Part shown: positions 1 through 10,721 of the stretch, in pieces
Layout: each line of letters opens with the position of its first letter
How positions within the stretch are numbered: the first letter of the stretch is position 1
Assembly: GCA_025999155.1 (NCBI GenBank)
Contig: AP026679.1
Coordinates: 85,776 to 149,775 of the forward strand
Length of the DNA stretch: 64,000 nucleotides
Reading direction: 5' to 3'
DNA from: Candidatus Dojkabacteria bacterium
GTDB taxonomy: Bacteria > Patescibacteriota > Dojkabacteria > JAOAGR01
Translations under genes and position numbers: made by a program
The notes under the pieces: generated by a model
Told to the model about the DNA's origin: nothing
What the model saw: the letters and a program-made list of their open reading frames with translations, nothing else
Database searches by the model: none

Positions 1-99
1 AATAATGATGAGACAACTAGTTCTGCTACGAATACAGCGGATACACAACCCCAATTCACATTAAACATATCTTTAGCTTTTTACACTTTGAAGCTTTAA
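1..99 (+). CDS. 3' end of an unidentified CDS running off the window start
   Basis: Frame 1 is open from base 1 to TAA at 97-99 (NNDETTSSAT...LNISLAFYTLKL). Confidence 0.45.
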   Translation, partial: NNDETTSSATNTADTQPQFTLNISLAFYTLKL

Positions 100-290
100 A
101 TTATTAATACCAAGTTTAATTATGTTGGATCACTACGATAATTGAGCTTAATCGATTTTGTTTGTCTGTAAGAGGACTTTACGATGCTTGGCGTATGGAA
201 TTCTACTTATAATAAGATATCTACCCATACAATGCTTTCTTGTGGTGGCAGATTAGCACCGATTTTATGCTTTTGCTAAAATATGAACGT

Positions 291-1391
291 ATGAGTAACG
301 ACTATTACGAAATATTAGGAGTTTCAAGAAATGCTACACAAGAGGAAATTAAAAAAGCATTTCGCAAGAAATTATTAGAATATCATCCGGATCGGAACAA
401 GAGTCCGGATGCAACAGAGAAATTCAAAAAAATCAATGAAGCATATCAAGTATTATCTGATCCGCGTAAGCGTCAATTATATGATAATTATGGCCAAAGC
501 GCCTTTACAAATAATGCAGCTGCTGGTGCAAATTATACGGAACAAATACAATTTGACTTCTCTGATATCTTTGGTGAATCATTTGATTCAATCTTTCAAA
601 ATGTCTTTTTCGATGGTAAAACTCCTTTTGATGAAATTTTTGGGAGAAATAAAACTAGAACAAAGAATAAGGGTCGTGATATTGAATTAAACCTTGATGT
701 TACCTTAGTAGAGGTGATAAAAGGAAGTGAAAGAAACATTGTATACAAAAGGTATGAATCCTGTCCAGTCTGTCATGGCTCGGGAGCATCTAAATTAGAA
801 AAGTGTTCTTACTGTAACGGTAGTGGTCACGTTTCACAGATAAAAAGAACTATTTTTGGTAATGTGCAAGTTATACAAGATTGTCAGAAATGCAACGGTA
901 CAGGACATATCGTCGTCGAAAAATGTCCTCATTGTAAAGGAGAAACACGCATATTAGTTGATCACACATTGAATATAAAAATACCTGCAGGTATAGAAGA
1001 TGGTCTGACTTTGAGATTTAGTGGAGAGGGTGATGTGGCTCGAAACGCCGGAATATATGGTGATTTATATATTAAGTTAAGAGTTTTAGAGGATAAACAC
1101 TTTATCAGGCAAGGTAAAAATCTAATAACTAAAATTACTGTTCCTTTTTATACTTTTATTTTGGGTGGAGAAGTAAGAGTAAATACTTTTGATGGGGAAC
1201 AAATAGTGCATGTCAAAAAACTAACCAAAGTTGACACCGAATTTGTGTTAAAGGGATATGGTATACCCGAGCTATATAATAAGAAGAGGGGCGACATTAT
1301 AGTTAAACTGGTTCCTGAAGTCCCGGACTCAATCTCTCAATTAGAATTAGACTTGTATCAAAGATTAAAGGACATTGATGCAAACAAGTAA
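291..1391 (+). CDS. dnaJ: Molecular chaperone DnaJ
   Basis: J domain with HPD motif, G/F region, four CxxCxGxG-type repeats. ATG 291 ([10 protein letters not shown]) preferred over the upstream TTG. Confidence 0.96.
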   Translation: MSNDYYEILGVSRNATQEEIKKAFRKKLLEYHPDRNKSPDATEKFKKINEAYQVLSDPRKRQLYDNYGQSAFTNNAAAGANYTEQIQFDFSDIFGESFDSIFQNVFFDGKTPFDEIFGRNKTRTKNKGRDIELNLDVTLVEVIKGSERNIVYKRYESCPVCHGSGASKLEKCSYCNGSGHVSQIKRTIFGNVQVIQDCQKCNGTGHIVVEKCPHCKGETRILVDHTLNIKIPAGIEDGLTLRFSGEGDVARNAGIYGDLYIKLRVLEDKHFIRQGKNLITKITVPFYTFILGGEVRVNTFDGEQIVHVKKLTKVDTEFVLKGYGIPELYNKKRGDIIVKLVPEVPDSISQLELDLYQRLKDIDANK

Positions 1392-2106
1392 TTATAAACG
1401 TCGACACACAAAAGTCTCTATACGAAGGAATTTCGTTAAATATGTATTAGATATAACGGTGTTATTGCTGATTTCTATAGTTCTGTTCATCTCCTATCGA
1501 CTTATTGTTTATACAAATAATGGAATTATAATTCGTGGTAATAAAAATGTCCTTTCAAGTGAAATACATAAAATAATATACGAAGATATCAAATTTCAAC
1601 CAATGATAAAGATAACAACGGATGAAATAGAAGAAAAACTCACAGAGAGTTTTCCAATTTTCAAAAAAGTGAGGGTAAGTAAGAGCATTATTTATGGTTA
1701 TGTAGTTGACATCAAAGAATTTGAACCTGTCGGCTTGATAATTCTGCAAAATGGAGAGATGTATATGTTGACAGATAATAAAGTTCTCATATTGTTACAA
1801 CAAAAAATTCCAAGATTTCCAGTAGCTGTGTATACCGGTAATCCCTCTGATGAACAATTTATACACAATGCAAATAAGGTTTTTAAATTATATGAATCTT
1901 TAAGCCCCATCATTAGTGGCGATTATACCTTTGATAATTTTGGTAATTTATTTATACTAGTCTCAGATGAAAAAGTAATCAGATTTGATTTAAATGAACG
2001 ATTCTTTAAACTAGATGAACAAGTCAAAATTTTAGAGAGTGTTTTAAACCAAAATATTGACTATAAAGAAATAGATGTTAGGTTTAATTATTTATTGGTT
2101 AAATGA
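1375..2106 (+). CDS. ftsQ: Cell division protein FtsQ/DivIB-like
   Basis: Basic N-terminus, one TM, POTRA-like region, C-terminal 'IDVRF'; lies directly upstream of ftsA. Confidence 0.75.
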   Translation: MMQTSNYKRRHTKVSIRRNFVKYVLDITVLLLISIVLFISYRLIVYTNNGIIIRGNKNVLSSEIHKIIYEDIKFQPMIKITTDEIEEKLTESFPIFKKVRVSKSIIYGYVVDIKEFEPVGLIILQNGEMYMLTDNKVLILLQQKIPRFPVAVYTGNPSDEQFIHNANKVFKLYESLSPIISGDYTFDNFGNLFILVSDEKVIRFDLNERFFKLDEQVKILESVLNQNIDYKEIDVRFNYLLVK

Positions 2107-2118
2107 CAGTTTATTAAC

Positions 2119-3435
2119 ATGGCCAGACAAGTAATAACAGCAATAGATCTAGGATCGTCGAAAATATGCGCGGTAATTGCTGCAATAGACGAAGAAACTC
2201 TTGAACCCAGTGTGATTGGCTCTGGGGTCGCAAATTCGCGAGGAATACGCAAAGGGGTTGTTGTCAATATAGGTGAGGCTGTGAGTGCAATTAATGAAGC
2301 TCTTTTAGCTGCAGAAAAAATGGCTGGACTAACAATCTCACAGGCAATAGTGTCCATAAATGGAAAGAATATATTTTCTAATAACACTCGTGGTATTGTA
2401 GCTGTGACAGGAGATGAAATTACTTATGATGACGTACAAAGGGCGATTGAAAGCGCTAAAACAGTGGCTATACCTCAGCAAATACGGAAAATAGTGCATG
2501 TTATCCCGAGAGAGTACGTTGTTGATTCTCAGGGAGGCATTCGTGAACCTATTGGAATGTCCGGATCAAGATTAGAAGTCGATGCTCATATCATTTCTGC
2601 TTTGACAACAACTGTTCATAATGTGGAAAAAGCATTTCAACAACTAAGTGTAAAGGCAACTCCTGTCTTTGGAGGACTGGCTAGTGCCCAAGGAGTACTG
2701 ACAAAAACGGAAAAAGAATTAGGAGTGATGGTATTGGATATAGGTTACAGTACGACGACGATAACGATTTATCAGGATGATGCTATTACATACAGTGGAT
2801 GTGTGATCTTAGGTGGGCACTCGATCACAAGTGATTTAGCAGTAGGGCTACAAATTCAAAGCGAAGATGCCGAAAAATTGAAAACAAGTATAGGGAAATT
2901 TCTCGGCAATAATCAAAATAGGATTAATTCAATGAATCTAAATGTCCCCTCGTATTTGCGTGCTGATATGCATCAGGCTGACGTCTCAAATGCTGATGAG
3001 GACTTAATAGATATATCAAGTCTTCAAATTCCTAATCTACCTAGACTATCAAGAAGAATGTACGAGGAAATAGTTGGATTTAGGCTTGATGAACTATTTG
3101 AAATAGTATCAGAACAGGTTTCGATGGCAGGATTTTCAGTAAAACAACCGGCGGGAGTCATATTAACGGGCGGAGGTGCTAATTTGTATGGTATCGAGAA
3201 AATCGCATCCAGGTTTTTTGGGACCACATCGCGAGTAGGTTACCCGCAAGGTCTCGGTGGTCCTCTCATCGACGAAATCACGGGGCCTGAATTCGCCTGT
3301 GTACAAGGTCTTATTCTGAGTGGCATGGAGATGTATACTACAAATGGAGTATGGGGTTATGAGAATAACGATGATACACCTAACGTAAACTTTGTAAGTA
3401 AATTTTTTGATATATTTAAAAAATTTATGCCATAA
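2119..3435 (+). CDS. ftsA: Cell division protein FtsA
   Basis: AIDLGSSKI, LDIGYSTT and VILTGGGA actin-like motifs; precedes ftsZ. Confidence 0.96.
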   Translation: MARQVITAIDLGSSKICAVIAAIDEETLEPSVIGSGVANSRGIRKGVVVNIGEAVSAINEALLAAEKMAGLTISQAIVSINGKNIFSNNTRGIVAVTGDEITYDDVQRAIESAKTVAIPQQIRKIVHVIPREYVVDSQGGIREPIGMSGSRLEVDAHIISALTTTVHNVEKAFQQLSVKATPVFGGLASAQGVLTKTEKELGVMVLDIGYSTTTITIYQDDAITYSGCVILGGHSITSDLAVGLQIQSEDAEKLKTSIGKFLGNNQNRINSMNLNVPSYLRADMHQADVSNADEDLIDISSLQIPNLPRLSRRMYEEIVGFRLDELFEIVSEQVSMAGFSVKQPAGVILTGGGANLYGIEKIASRFFGTTSRVGYPQGLGGPLIDEITGPEFACVQGLILSGMEMYTTNGVWGYENNDDTPNVNFVSKFFDIFKKFMP

Positions 3436-3437
3436 CT

Positions 3438-4595
3438 ATGTTGATAAAACCACAAAACCAAAATCTAAGCGCACGAATTATAATATGTGGCGTAGGCGGC
3501 GCAGGCTGCAATGCTGTAAACTCCATGATTCAATCTGGCGAGATCCAGGGAGTTGAATTTATTGCGGTGAATACCGATGCACAGGTTTTAGAGCGTTCGT
3601 TAGCGTCGATAACGGTTACTATAGGAGGAGAATTGACAAAGGGACTCGGTGCTGGCGGCAATCCACAAATAGGTAAACAAGCAGCAGAAGATAGTGTAGA
3701 TCAATTAAACGAGCTTCTTGCTGGTGCAGATATGGTGTTTGTGACTGCAGGTATGGGTGGTGGTACAGGTACAGGGGCAGCTCCGGTGATTGCAGGAATA
3801 GCAAAGGGTCTTGGTGCTCTAACGGTAGGAGTTGTTACCAAACCGTTTGCTTTTGAGGGTCCGCGCAAAATGGAATTCGCATTAAAGGGGATTGAGGAAC
3901 TAAGAAGTAAAGTAGATGCTCTAATAGTAATTCCTAATCAAAAAATATTAGATATTGTTGATCGTAGTGTGAGCTTTGCTGAGGCAATGCAGAAATCGGA
4001 TGAAGTACTGAAAAATGCAATCAAAAGTATATCCGATATTATAACCCAAACAGGACAAATTAACGTTGACTTTGCTGATGTTAAGGCTATAATGCAGAAT
4101 GCTGGTACTGCCCTTATGGGTATTGGAGAATCTAGCAATCCTGACACAAGAGCAATCGATGCTGCTAGAGCAGCAATTCAATCACCATTACTAGACTATA
4201 GTATTGAAGGAGCGAAAGGTGTATTGATAACTATTCGAGGATCGTATAACTTATCAATGGTAGAAGTATCGGAGGCTGTAGAAGTTGTCAAACAGTATGT
4301 TGATCCCCACGCTCAAATCAAAATGGGTGTTATTATCGAAGATAAGATTAATGATAAAGATAAGGATAAGATTAGTGTGACTGTTTTAGCAACAGGTTTC
4401 CCTCATGAACCGAGATCTCAGGTTCTATTTTCTGCGCATGCTGCAGAGTCTGATAAATCCACATCTCAAAAAGATAATCAATCTCCCGTCTCCAATGAAA
4501 ATTATCATGGTGTAACGTCGCCACTAAAAGGTCCTGACGAAGATGACACATACCTTGATACTCCGGCTTTCATGAGACGTAGACAAAGTCTGTAG
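3438..4595 (+). CDS. ftsZ: Cell division protein FtsZ
   Basis: GGGTGTG tubulin signature, INVDFADV, C-terminal LDTPAFMRR. Confidence 0.98.
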   Translation: MLIKPQNQNLSARIIICGVGGAGCNAVNSMIQSGEIQGVEFIAVNTDAQVLERSLASITVTIGGELTKGLGAGGNPQIGKQAAEDSVDQLNELLAGADMVFVTAGMGGGTGTGAAPVIAGIAKGLGALTVGVVTKPFAFEGPRKMEFALKGIEELRSKVDALIVIPNQKILDIVDRSVSFAEAMQKSDEVLKNAIKSISDIITQTGQINVDFADVKAIMQNAGTALMGIGESSNPDTRAIDAARAAIQSPLLDYSIEGAKGVLITIRGSYNLSMVEVSEAVEVVKQYVDPHAQIKMGVIIEDKINDKDKDKISVTVLATGFPHEPRSQVLFSAHAAESDKSTSQKDNQSPVSNENYHGVTSPLKGPDEDDTYLDTPAFMRRRQSL

Positions 4596-4598
4596 GCT

Positions 4599-5303
4599 AT
4601 GAATGATATTTCTGAATTATTAACAAGCCTAGGAATTAAAACACAGAATCTTGAATTATATAGATTAGCGCTTACGCATCGTTCTGCAAGTAAGCATCAT
4701 AATGAAAGGTTGGAATTTTTGGGAGATGCTGTTTTAGAGCTGATTATTACCGAAAAGTTATTCACAGATTATGCAAATGAGAAAGAGGGTAATCTCACTA
4801 GTTTTCGATCCGCTATCGTTAAAGCAGAAAGTTTAGCGCAAGAAGCGCTGAGACTAGAACTTGGTCGATATATTCGGATGTCGTATGGAGAAGAAGCTAC
4901 AGGAGGACGTTCTCGTCTGTATATTCTAGCCAACACATTTGAAGCTTTGATTGGAGCAATGTATCTAGACCAGGGATATGAAGCTACTAAAGAATTTGTG
5001 GTTCGAAATTTATACTATAAGATAAGAGAGGTCGTAGATAATCGTCTTGATATAGATGCTAAATCCAAACTTCAAGAGATGATTCAGGAAAAATATAAGA
5101 TTACTCCATACTACATTGTCGTTCAAGAAGAAGGTCCTGATCACGACAAGACATTCACGGTGGTAACCATGATAGGGGATAAAACATACGCAAAAGGTAG
5201 TGGGAAATCGAAACAAACTGCAGAACAAAACGCAGCAAGAAACACTTTGATTCAATTAGGTTATATTGAAGACAACGTGGACAAAACAGGCAAATCTGAA
5301 TAA
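4599..5303 (+). CDS. rnc: Ribonuclease III
   Basis: NERLEFLGDAVL signature and C-terminal dsRBD. Confidence 0.97.
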   Translation: MNDISELLTSLGIKTQNLELYRLALTHRSASKHHNERLEFLGDAVLELIITEKLFTDYANEKEGNLTSFRSAIVKAESLAQEALRLELGRYIRMSYGEEATGGRSRLYILANTFEALIGAMYLDQGYEATKEFVVRNLYYKIREVVDNRLDIDAKSKLQEMIQEKYKITPYYIVVQEEGPDHDKTFTVVTMIGDKTYAKGSGKSKQTAEQNAARNTLIQLGYIEDNVDKTGKSE

Positions 5304-5448
5304 TGTATTCAAAAAACTACTTGTCCTAGTACTTGTGCTTGTTTTTAGTTTCGCATACAAAAACCCTATCATATACATTCATCATTTTGAGAACAGTGGC
5401 TAGCAGACAGTGGAGAACATCAACATATAGAACAGTAAGATACAGAAA

Positions 5449-5524
5449 TGGTGAGGCGTATTGGGCTCGAACCAATGACACGCGGCTTAAAAGGCCGCTG
5501 CTCTACCAACTGAGCTAACGCCCC
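5449..5524 (-). tRNA. tRNA-Lys(UUU)
   Basis: Reverse complement GGGGCGTTAGCTCAGTTGGTAGAGC...GCGGC-CTTTTAA-GCCGC...TTCGAG...ACGCCTCACCA forms a full cloverleaf with encoded CCA. Confidence 0.96.
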
Positions 5525-5631
5525 ACACAGAACCGTGCCATATCATACACAGAAATTAGCATATTTGCAACATGTGGGGACATATGTAATTATTTGAATA
5601 TTGGGTGCATATTGTAATATATACACAGACT

Positions 5632-6030
5632 ATGTTTGATAGTAATAACGCTAAGATTGGCAAGAACATCCAAAAAATTCGACAAAAAAAAGGATTGACG
5701 CAAGCAGAACTTGCAAAAAAACTTGGCCTTGTTCGTCCCACATTAAGCCTCTACGAGTCAGGAAAATTAAACTTTTCTATCGATTTTTTAGTTTTAATAG
5801 CAAAAACCTTAGAAGTGCAATTTTTAGATATACTTCCAGATCAATTAAAACAACAATCCAAACAAACGGATGTCCAACATATAAGTTATGATTTAGACAG
5901 TGATATTGAATTCACATTGCAATTGAGCTTGAAGCAATATTTATTACGACATAAAGTAGAAAAAACATCAATTGAGACTATCATCTCTGAAATATTAACC
6001 TTTATAGACAAACGACTACAGAGACAATAA
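5632..6030 (+). CDS. XRE/Cro-family HTH transcriptional regulator
   Basis: IGKNIQKIRQKKGLTQAELAKKLGLVRPTLSLYESG HTH_3 pattern. Confidence 0.9.
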   Translation: MFDSNNAKIGKNIQKIRQKKGLTQAELAKKLGLVRPTLSLYESGKLNFSIDFLVLIAKTLEVQFLDILPDQLKQQSKQTDVQHISYDLDSDIEFTLQLSLKQYLLRHKVEKTSIETIISEILTFIDKRLQRQ

Positions 6031-6080
6031 ATACATATTGACAAATCAATTTATAAATTTTACCCTTTCGAAAGTTTGTG

Positions 6081-6509
6081 ATGAAAACTAATAACACAAA
6101 AAATACCGACGGAGACGAGGATCTGCTCACAGAGCAAGATGATCATTTGAGTTCAGCGGTACATGGTATTGAAACAGATAATTTTGATACAACATTCTTA
6201 GATAGCAATACTGAAGAATTACCAATCGAACAATTACTGAAGGAACCCTTACAAGACGATCTAGAATCAGATACAGAGGAAGAATATGCTGCTTGGTGCC
6301 CAGTATGTAACGACTATACGATATTTGTGGATGGGACATGTACTGGTTGCGGTTTCACTAAAAATACACGTAAAGAACAGAATCAAGATGAGGAAAACGA
6401 AGGAGATGAAGGACTCTTTGACACTTTTGCTCCCCATCAGGGTGAAGGGATCGTGGATTTAGATCTATATAATTATAATGATGACTTTTACACTGAAGAT
6501 GGTGAATGA
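6081..6509 (+). CDS. Highly acidic hypothetical protein with a central Zn ribbon
   Basis: WCPVC...CTGC flanked by D/E-rich tracts; TTGACA at 6038-6043 upstream. Confidence 0.75.
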   Translation: MKTNNTKNTDGDEDLLTEQDDHLSSAVHGIETDNFDTTFLDSNTEELPIEQLLKEPLQDDLESDTEEEYAAWCPVCNDYTIFVDGTCTGCGFTKNTRKEQNQDEENEGDEGLFDTFAPHQGEGIVDLDLYNYNDDFYTEDGE

Positions 6510-6594
6510 ATCGAGTAGTTAGTTAACTTATTGTATTTTTTGTAATATAATTACATAAATGTAAGATGGCAATTGCAGGCTTATAATTGCGGAA

Positions 6595-6670
6595 GGTCGC
6601 GTAGCTCAATGGATAGAGCAACTCCCTTCTAAGGAGTAGGTTAAAGGTTCGAGTCCTTTCGCGATCGCCA
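6595..6670 (+). tRNA. tRNA-Arg(UCU)
   Basis: GGTCGCGTAGCTCAATGGATAGAGC...CTTCTAA anticodon loop...GGTTCGAGTCC...GCGATCGCCA. Confidence 0.96.
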
Positions 6671-6716
6671 TTGATTGTTGTTATTATATAAAAATAAATA
6701 GGGTAAAAGTCTTACT

Positions 6717-7073
6717 ATGAAAACGAATATTCATCCAGATTATAATAAGAAAGTCAAATATGTATGTGCCTCTTGTGGTAGTGAGTTTGTTTTAGGATCT
6801 ACATTATCACAAAGTGAAGTTGTAGTACCAGTGTGCAAAAACTGTCACCCTGCTTATACGGGGCAGCAACAAATTATTATCGATACAGCAAACAAGATTC
6901 GTGCTTTTCAGAAAAGACAAGCAAAGACAGAACAGTTAAAAAGAAGAATGCAGGAAATAGAAGAAGCACGTCAAGCAAGGGAGAAATCTCGGGTCGGTGT
7001 GATTGCCTCAAAATCACAACAGACGACCCTTAAAGATTTGCTATTGAAAAAAAACATAAAGTCAGTGAGTTAG
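6717..7073 (+). CDS. rpmE: 50S ribosomal protein L31 with charged C-terminal extension
   Basis: MKTNIHPDY, CASCG, VCKNCHPAYTG. Confidence 0.94.
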   Translation: MKTNIHPDYNKKVKYVCASCGSEFVLGSTLSQSEVVVPVCKNCHPAYTGQQQIIIDTANKIRAFQKRQAKTEQLKRRMQEIEEARQAREKSRVGVIASKSQQTTLKDLLLKKNIKSVS

Positions 7074-7140
7074 TTTCCTATTCTATAAAAGTGGAGGCTC
7101 CTTTGCTGGGTATCTTATTTCTTGTTTACCTGCTGTGGCA

Positions 7141-8205
7141 ATGATGGAAATAAACGCGATAAAACAAGAGTTACTGGATATAAGCACAAAAATTGAAGAT
7201 GCACAGCGTACTGGATCAGGACAATTAGCGACACTATTCGCTCGACAAGCAGAATTACAAGAAATACTGGATTTGTATAATGATATTACGATTTTAAACC
7301 AAAAATTGGAACAAGCTAAATCTCTTATTCTCTCAGAAGATATGGAGATAGTAGAATTAGCGCAGGAAGAAGTTAGAAATATTGAGATTCAACTCAGTCA
7401 GAAAAAACAACAACTCGCAATTAAACTTATTCCTTCAGATCCCAACGATAGTAAAAACGTCATAATCGAGATCAGAGCTGCTACTGGCGGAGAAGAGGCA
7501 TCTTTATTTGCAAGGGACTTATTCCGAATGTATACCAGATATGCAAATACTAAAAACTGGGCAATTCAAGTTTATTCAGTATTTGAATCAGAAATCAAAG
7601 GTATAAAAGAGGTAATTTTTAAAATTTCAGGAAGAGAAGTGTACAAACATCTAAAATATGAATCTGGAGTGCATAGAGTTCAAAGAGTACCAATTACCGA
7701 GCGTTCAGGCCGCATTCATACTTCAGCAGCAAGCGTAGTTGTCATACCAGCAATTGATAATATTAATATAGAAATAGAGCCAAAAGATATTCGTATTGAC
7801 GTATTTAGATCACGTGGACCCGGAGGTCAGAGTGTCAACACCACCGATTCTGCGGTTCGCATCACGCATCTGCCTTCTGGCATTATAGTTACATGTCAGG
7901 ACACAAAGGACCAACAAAAAAACAAAGCGTCAGCGCTGTCAGTTTTAAAATCTAAATTATATCAGTTAGAGTTGGGAAAAAGACAGGCCTCACTTACACA
8001 AATACGAAGGAATAGCATCAAGACAGGAGATAGATCTGACAAGATCAAGACTTATAATTTCCCTCAAGATAGATTAACAGACCATCGCATACATAAAAGT
8101 TGGTATGGATTGGATAAAATATTAGATGGAGAAATCGATCAAATTATAGAAGAAACAACAATTCTCTTTCATACAGAAAATCAAAATAGAACAGAATTCG
8201 CTTAA
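7141..8205 (+). CDS. prfA: Peptide chain release factor 1
   Basis: GGQ motif, RF1-type PxT (VPIT) motif, YNFPQDRLTDHRI; start codon uncertain (7135/7141/7144). Confidence 0.96.
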   Translation: MMEINAIKQELLDISTKIEDAQRTGSGQLATLFARQAELQEILDLYNDITILNQKLEQAKSLILSEDMEIVELAQEEVRNIEIQLSQKKQQLAIKLIPSDPNDSKNVIIEIRAATGGEEASLFARDLFRMYTRYANTKNWAIQVYSVFESEIKGIKEVIFKISGREVYKHLKYESGVHRVQRVPITERSGRIHTSAASVVVIPAIDNINIEIEPKDIRIDVFRSRGPGGQSVNTTDSAVRITHLPSGIIVTCQDTKDQQKNKASALSVLKSKLYQLELGKRQASLTQIRRNSIKTGDRSDKIKTYNFPQDRLTDHRIHKSWYGLDKILDGEIDQIIEETTILFHTENQNRTEFA

Positions 8206-8236
8206 TCTAGTATATAAAAGAAAAAACTTAAAATAG

Positions 8237-8264
8237 AAAACTCCTCGATTTCTCGAGGAGCTTT
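8237..8264. terminator. Intrinsic terminator between convergent prfA and hup
   Basis: Perfect 8-bp stem CTCCTCGA-tttc-TCGAGGAG with an A-run on the left (U tail on the minus strand). Confidence 0.75.
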
Positions 8265-8303
8265 ACTATCAATTGACATGCGATTCTGTCGCATCTACGT
8301 ACA

Positions 8304-8585
8304 CTACTTGGCTTTTGACACCAAATCCTTCAGAGTCTTACCTGCTTTGAATGCAGGTATAATGGACTCGGGCAAGTCTATTTTCTCTAGGGTCTGTGGA
8401 TTCACACCCTTTCTTGCCCTTCTTTTACGTACAACAAAAGAACCGAACCCGGTAATTAACACTTTGTCACCAGCAGCAAGAGCTTTAGAAATGGTATTAA
8501 ACACTGCATTTACGACCTCTTCTGCGGCTTTAAGTGTAAGTCCGGTCTGAGACTGGACTTTGCGTACTAAGTCTGATTTTAGCAT
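8304..8585 (-). CDS. hup: DNA-binding protein HU
   Basis: MLKSDLV...VLITGFGSF...GVNPQT...PAFKAGKTLKD; strong SD (AAGGAGGTGA) before the ATG at 8585. Confidence 0.95.
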   Translation of the reverse strand: MLKSDLVRKVQSQTGLTLKAAEEVVNAVFNTISKALAAGDKVLITGFGSFVVRKRRARKGVNPQTLEKIDLPESIIPAFKAGKTLKDLVSKAK

Positions 8586-8716
8586 TCTACTCACCTCCTT
8601 TCTTTTTAGGATACTAAATATTAGATAAATTCTTACTTTTATGCAATATATAGATATAAATTCCTCAAGGCTTATAAACATTTAAATTCGTATAATCAAA
8701 ATAATATAATCAGATA

Positions 8717-9058
8717 ATGCTTACCAAACAAAAAGGCAAACAAGGAGAAAAAATTGCTATAGACTACCTTCTCAAGAGAGGTCATCTCCTTCTGGCCAAA
8801 AATTTCCGATCACAGTTTGGTGAAATAGATATCATCACCACTTATCAGGGCAACATCTATATATATGAAGTAAAACTACGCAAAACTATGAGATATGGGT
8901 TTGGAGATCTAGCAATTAATGAATCTAAAATACAAAAGATTATCAATACGTTCGAAAGATGGATTGAGCGAAATGTCCATTATACAAACTATCCTAAATA
9001 TATAAATGCCCTAATAATTGATCCTGATGGCGGAATTAACGAATTTGAAATCAGATAA
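8717..9058 (+). CDS. YraN-family (UPF0102) PD-(D/E)xK nuclease-like protein
   Basis: GKQGEKIA, NFRSQFGEIDII, EVKLR. Confidence 0.9.
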   Translation: MLTKQKGKQGEKIAIDYLLKRGHLLLAKNFRSQFGEIDIITTYQGNIYIYEVKLRKTMRYGFGDLAINESKIQKIINTFERWIERNVHYTNYPKYINALIIDPDGGINEFEIR

Positions 9059-9109
9059 TTAAAATCCTAATATAGAAAGATCTTGTAATTTTGAGAGAAT
9101 TCGAAAATC

Positions 9110-9571
9110 ATGGAAAGAGAAAACTTACACAATAGTTTTAGGAATATAATAGACGAAGCCAAATTAGTCTTTCCCGGAACTCAAACATTATTCGGCTTTC
9201 AATTAGTGGTAGTATTTTCTGAATACTTTCAAAAAAATCTCACTGAAACAGATAAACTAATACATTTATTTGCTATATTTTTAACTATCGTTGCGTTTGC
9301 GATGATTCTAATGGTTGCGGCATATCATAGACATATCCATTATTCTCTTATCACCAAAGATCTCGTTCTTCTCGCTAATAAACTACTCAAACTAGGGATG
9401 ATACCTCTAGCTTTAGCTGTGTCTGCAGAATTTTATTTATTGAGTTATACTATTTTACAAAATCGAGTCACTGCCCTTTTTGCGGGAATAATCTGTTTGG
9501 GGACATTATGGTTTATGTGGTTTTTCTTGCCAAAGAGAAGACTTCAAGAGACTTTGTCGAAAAATCCCTGA
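9110..9571 (+). CDS. Multi-TM membrane protein (DUF6328-like)
   Basis: EAKLVFPGTQTLFGFQL...AAYHR pattern with four hydrophobic segments. Confidence 0.7.
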   Translation: MERENLHNSFRNIIDEAKLVFPGTQTLFGFQLVVVFSEYFQKNLTETDKLIHLFAIFLTIVAFAMILMVAAYHRHIHYSLITKDLVLLANKLLKLGMIPLALAVSAEFYLLSYTILQNRVTALFAGIICLGTLWFMWFFLPKRRLQETLSKNP

Positions 9572-10036
9572 CTTAATAAAATAGCCAACTATTCCAGCGC
9601 AGGTAGCGACATTTAGTGAATTTTTTCTACCGTACATTGGGATTCTCAATATGTAGTCGGCAATTCCAATGATAGGATTTCCAACACCGTTTATCTCATG
9701 CCCTAATACAATGAATATATTCGCGTATCCTTGTAAATCGATAAAATCAGGAATATCAAATATAGAAATTGTTTTTTCCGTATCATAATTTTCAACCACT
9801 AAAATTAATTTATTTATATTTTGAATATACTGGATCCAATCATCATGTGAACGAAAATATAAATTGTCTACGTAATCTAAAGATTTTAAAGAAGTTTTTT
9901 CTAACTTTTTATCTTGTCCTGGTATTGGCGTAATTCCGATTAGGTGGATATTGAAACCTAAACCATCTGCAGTACGGAATACAGCTCCTACGTTAAATGC
10001 CGACCGCACATTATCTAAAACAAAAGTCACCTTCAT
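9506..10036 (-). CDS. TrmH/SpoU-family RNA methyltransferase
   Basis: VLDNVRSAFNVGAVFRTAD, GHEINGV and SLNVA SPOUT motifs. Confidence 0.92.
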   Translation of the reverse strand: MKVTFVLDNVRSAFNVGAVFRTADGLGFNIHLIGITPIPGQDKKLEKTSLKSLDYVDNLYFRSHDDWIQYIQNINKLILVVENYDTEKTISIFDIPDFIDLQGYANIFIVLGHEINGVGNPIIGIADYILRIPMYGRKNSLNVATCAGIVGYFIKSGIFRQSLLKSSLWQEKPHKP

Positions 10037-10116
10037 AAATGGCATTTTAATTTATTTCACTAATTAATTTAACAACAGGGCTTAACAGTTAGAATCGTAT
10101 TTAATATACTTAGGAA

Positions 10117-10461
10117 ATGGAAGGTCATAATACTAACAATCATTCGGAGGAAATCATAAATGAAATGTCGGAATCAACAACAAATACAACAAATAAAAAT
10201 GATCAAAATCGCTTTAAAAATATTTCTTCTTCTCTGAAAATTGGGGTTGGTATCCTTGGAGTTATATTAGTGATAGTACTAATTATAAGCTTTTTGAACG
10301 TATGGAATGTATATACAAATGCTAGTAAATACAAAAGGGTTTACGACCAGATACGAGAAGAAGTCAGATACTGTAAGGAAATACAAAATACTGCGCAGCC
10401 ACGTGATAACTTCGTTTATTGTGATAGAATTCTAGAAAAATTTAAAGAGTTAACAAATTAA
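10117..10461 (+). CDS. Hypothetical single-TM protein
   Basis: ORF with one hydrophobic helix and a C-terminal Cys pair. Confidence 0.7.
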   Translation: MEGHNTNNHSEEIINEMSESTTNTTNKNDQNRFKNISSSLKIGVGILGVILVIVLIISFLNVWNVYTNASKYKRVYDQIREEVRYCKEIQNTAQPRDNFVYCDRILEKFKELTN

Positions 10462-10468
10462 AAGGGGC

Positions 10469-10714
10469 ATGGCTCTTATTAGAACAAAAACAGTTAAAGA
10501 AACGAAAAAATTAGCATACCTTTCGAATGTTTACAAAACAATAGATCAGATAAATAAAGTAAAGACAGTAAAAAAAAAGAAAACTGCTTCGGCTAAAATA
10601 AAAACAAATAATGTTACTATAAGTAAACAAGAAATTATTAAAGACGCTCTTTCGTTTAGCTTTACACTAGCTTTTGCAGCATTAGGATATATACTTGCAA
10701 AGCTAATACAGTGA
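10469..10714 (+). CDS. Small basic protein with C-terminal TM
   Basis: Lys-rich ORF, operonic with its neighbours. Confidence 0.6.
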   Translation: MALIRTKTVKETKKLAYLSNVYKTIDQINKVKTVKKKKTASAKIKTNNVTISKQEIIKDALSFSFTLAFAALGYILAKLIQ

Positions 10715-10721
10715 ATTTTTA

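Noticed and set aside
5266-5403. Possible 45-aa hydrophobic ORF (TTG start) overlapping the rnc end
   Set aside because: Weak start, no RBS and no recognisable motif; cannot be supported.
5333-5518. 61-aa plus-strand ORF
   Set aside because: Overlaps tRNA-Lys on the antisense strand and has no protein features.
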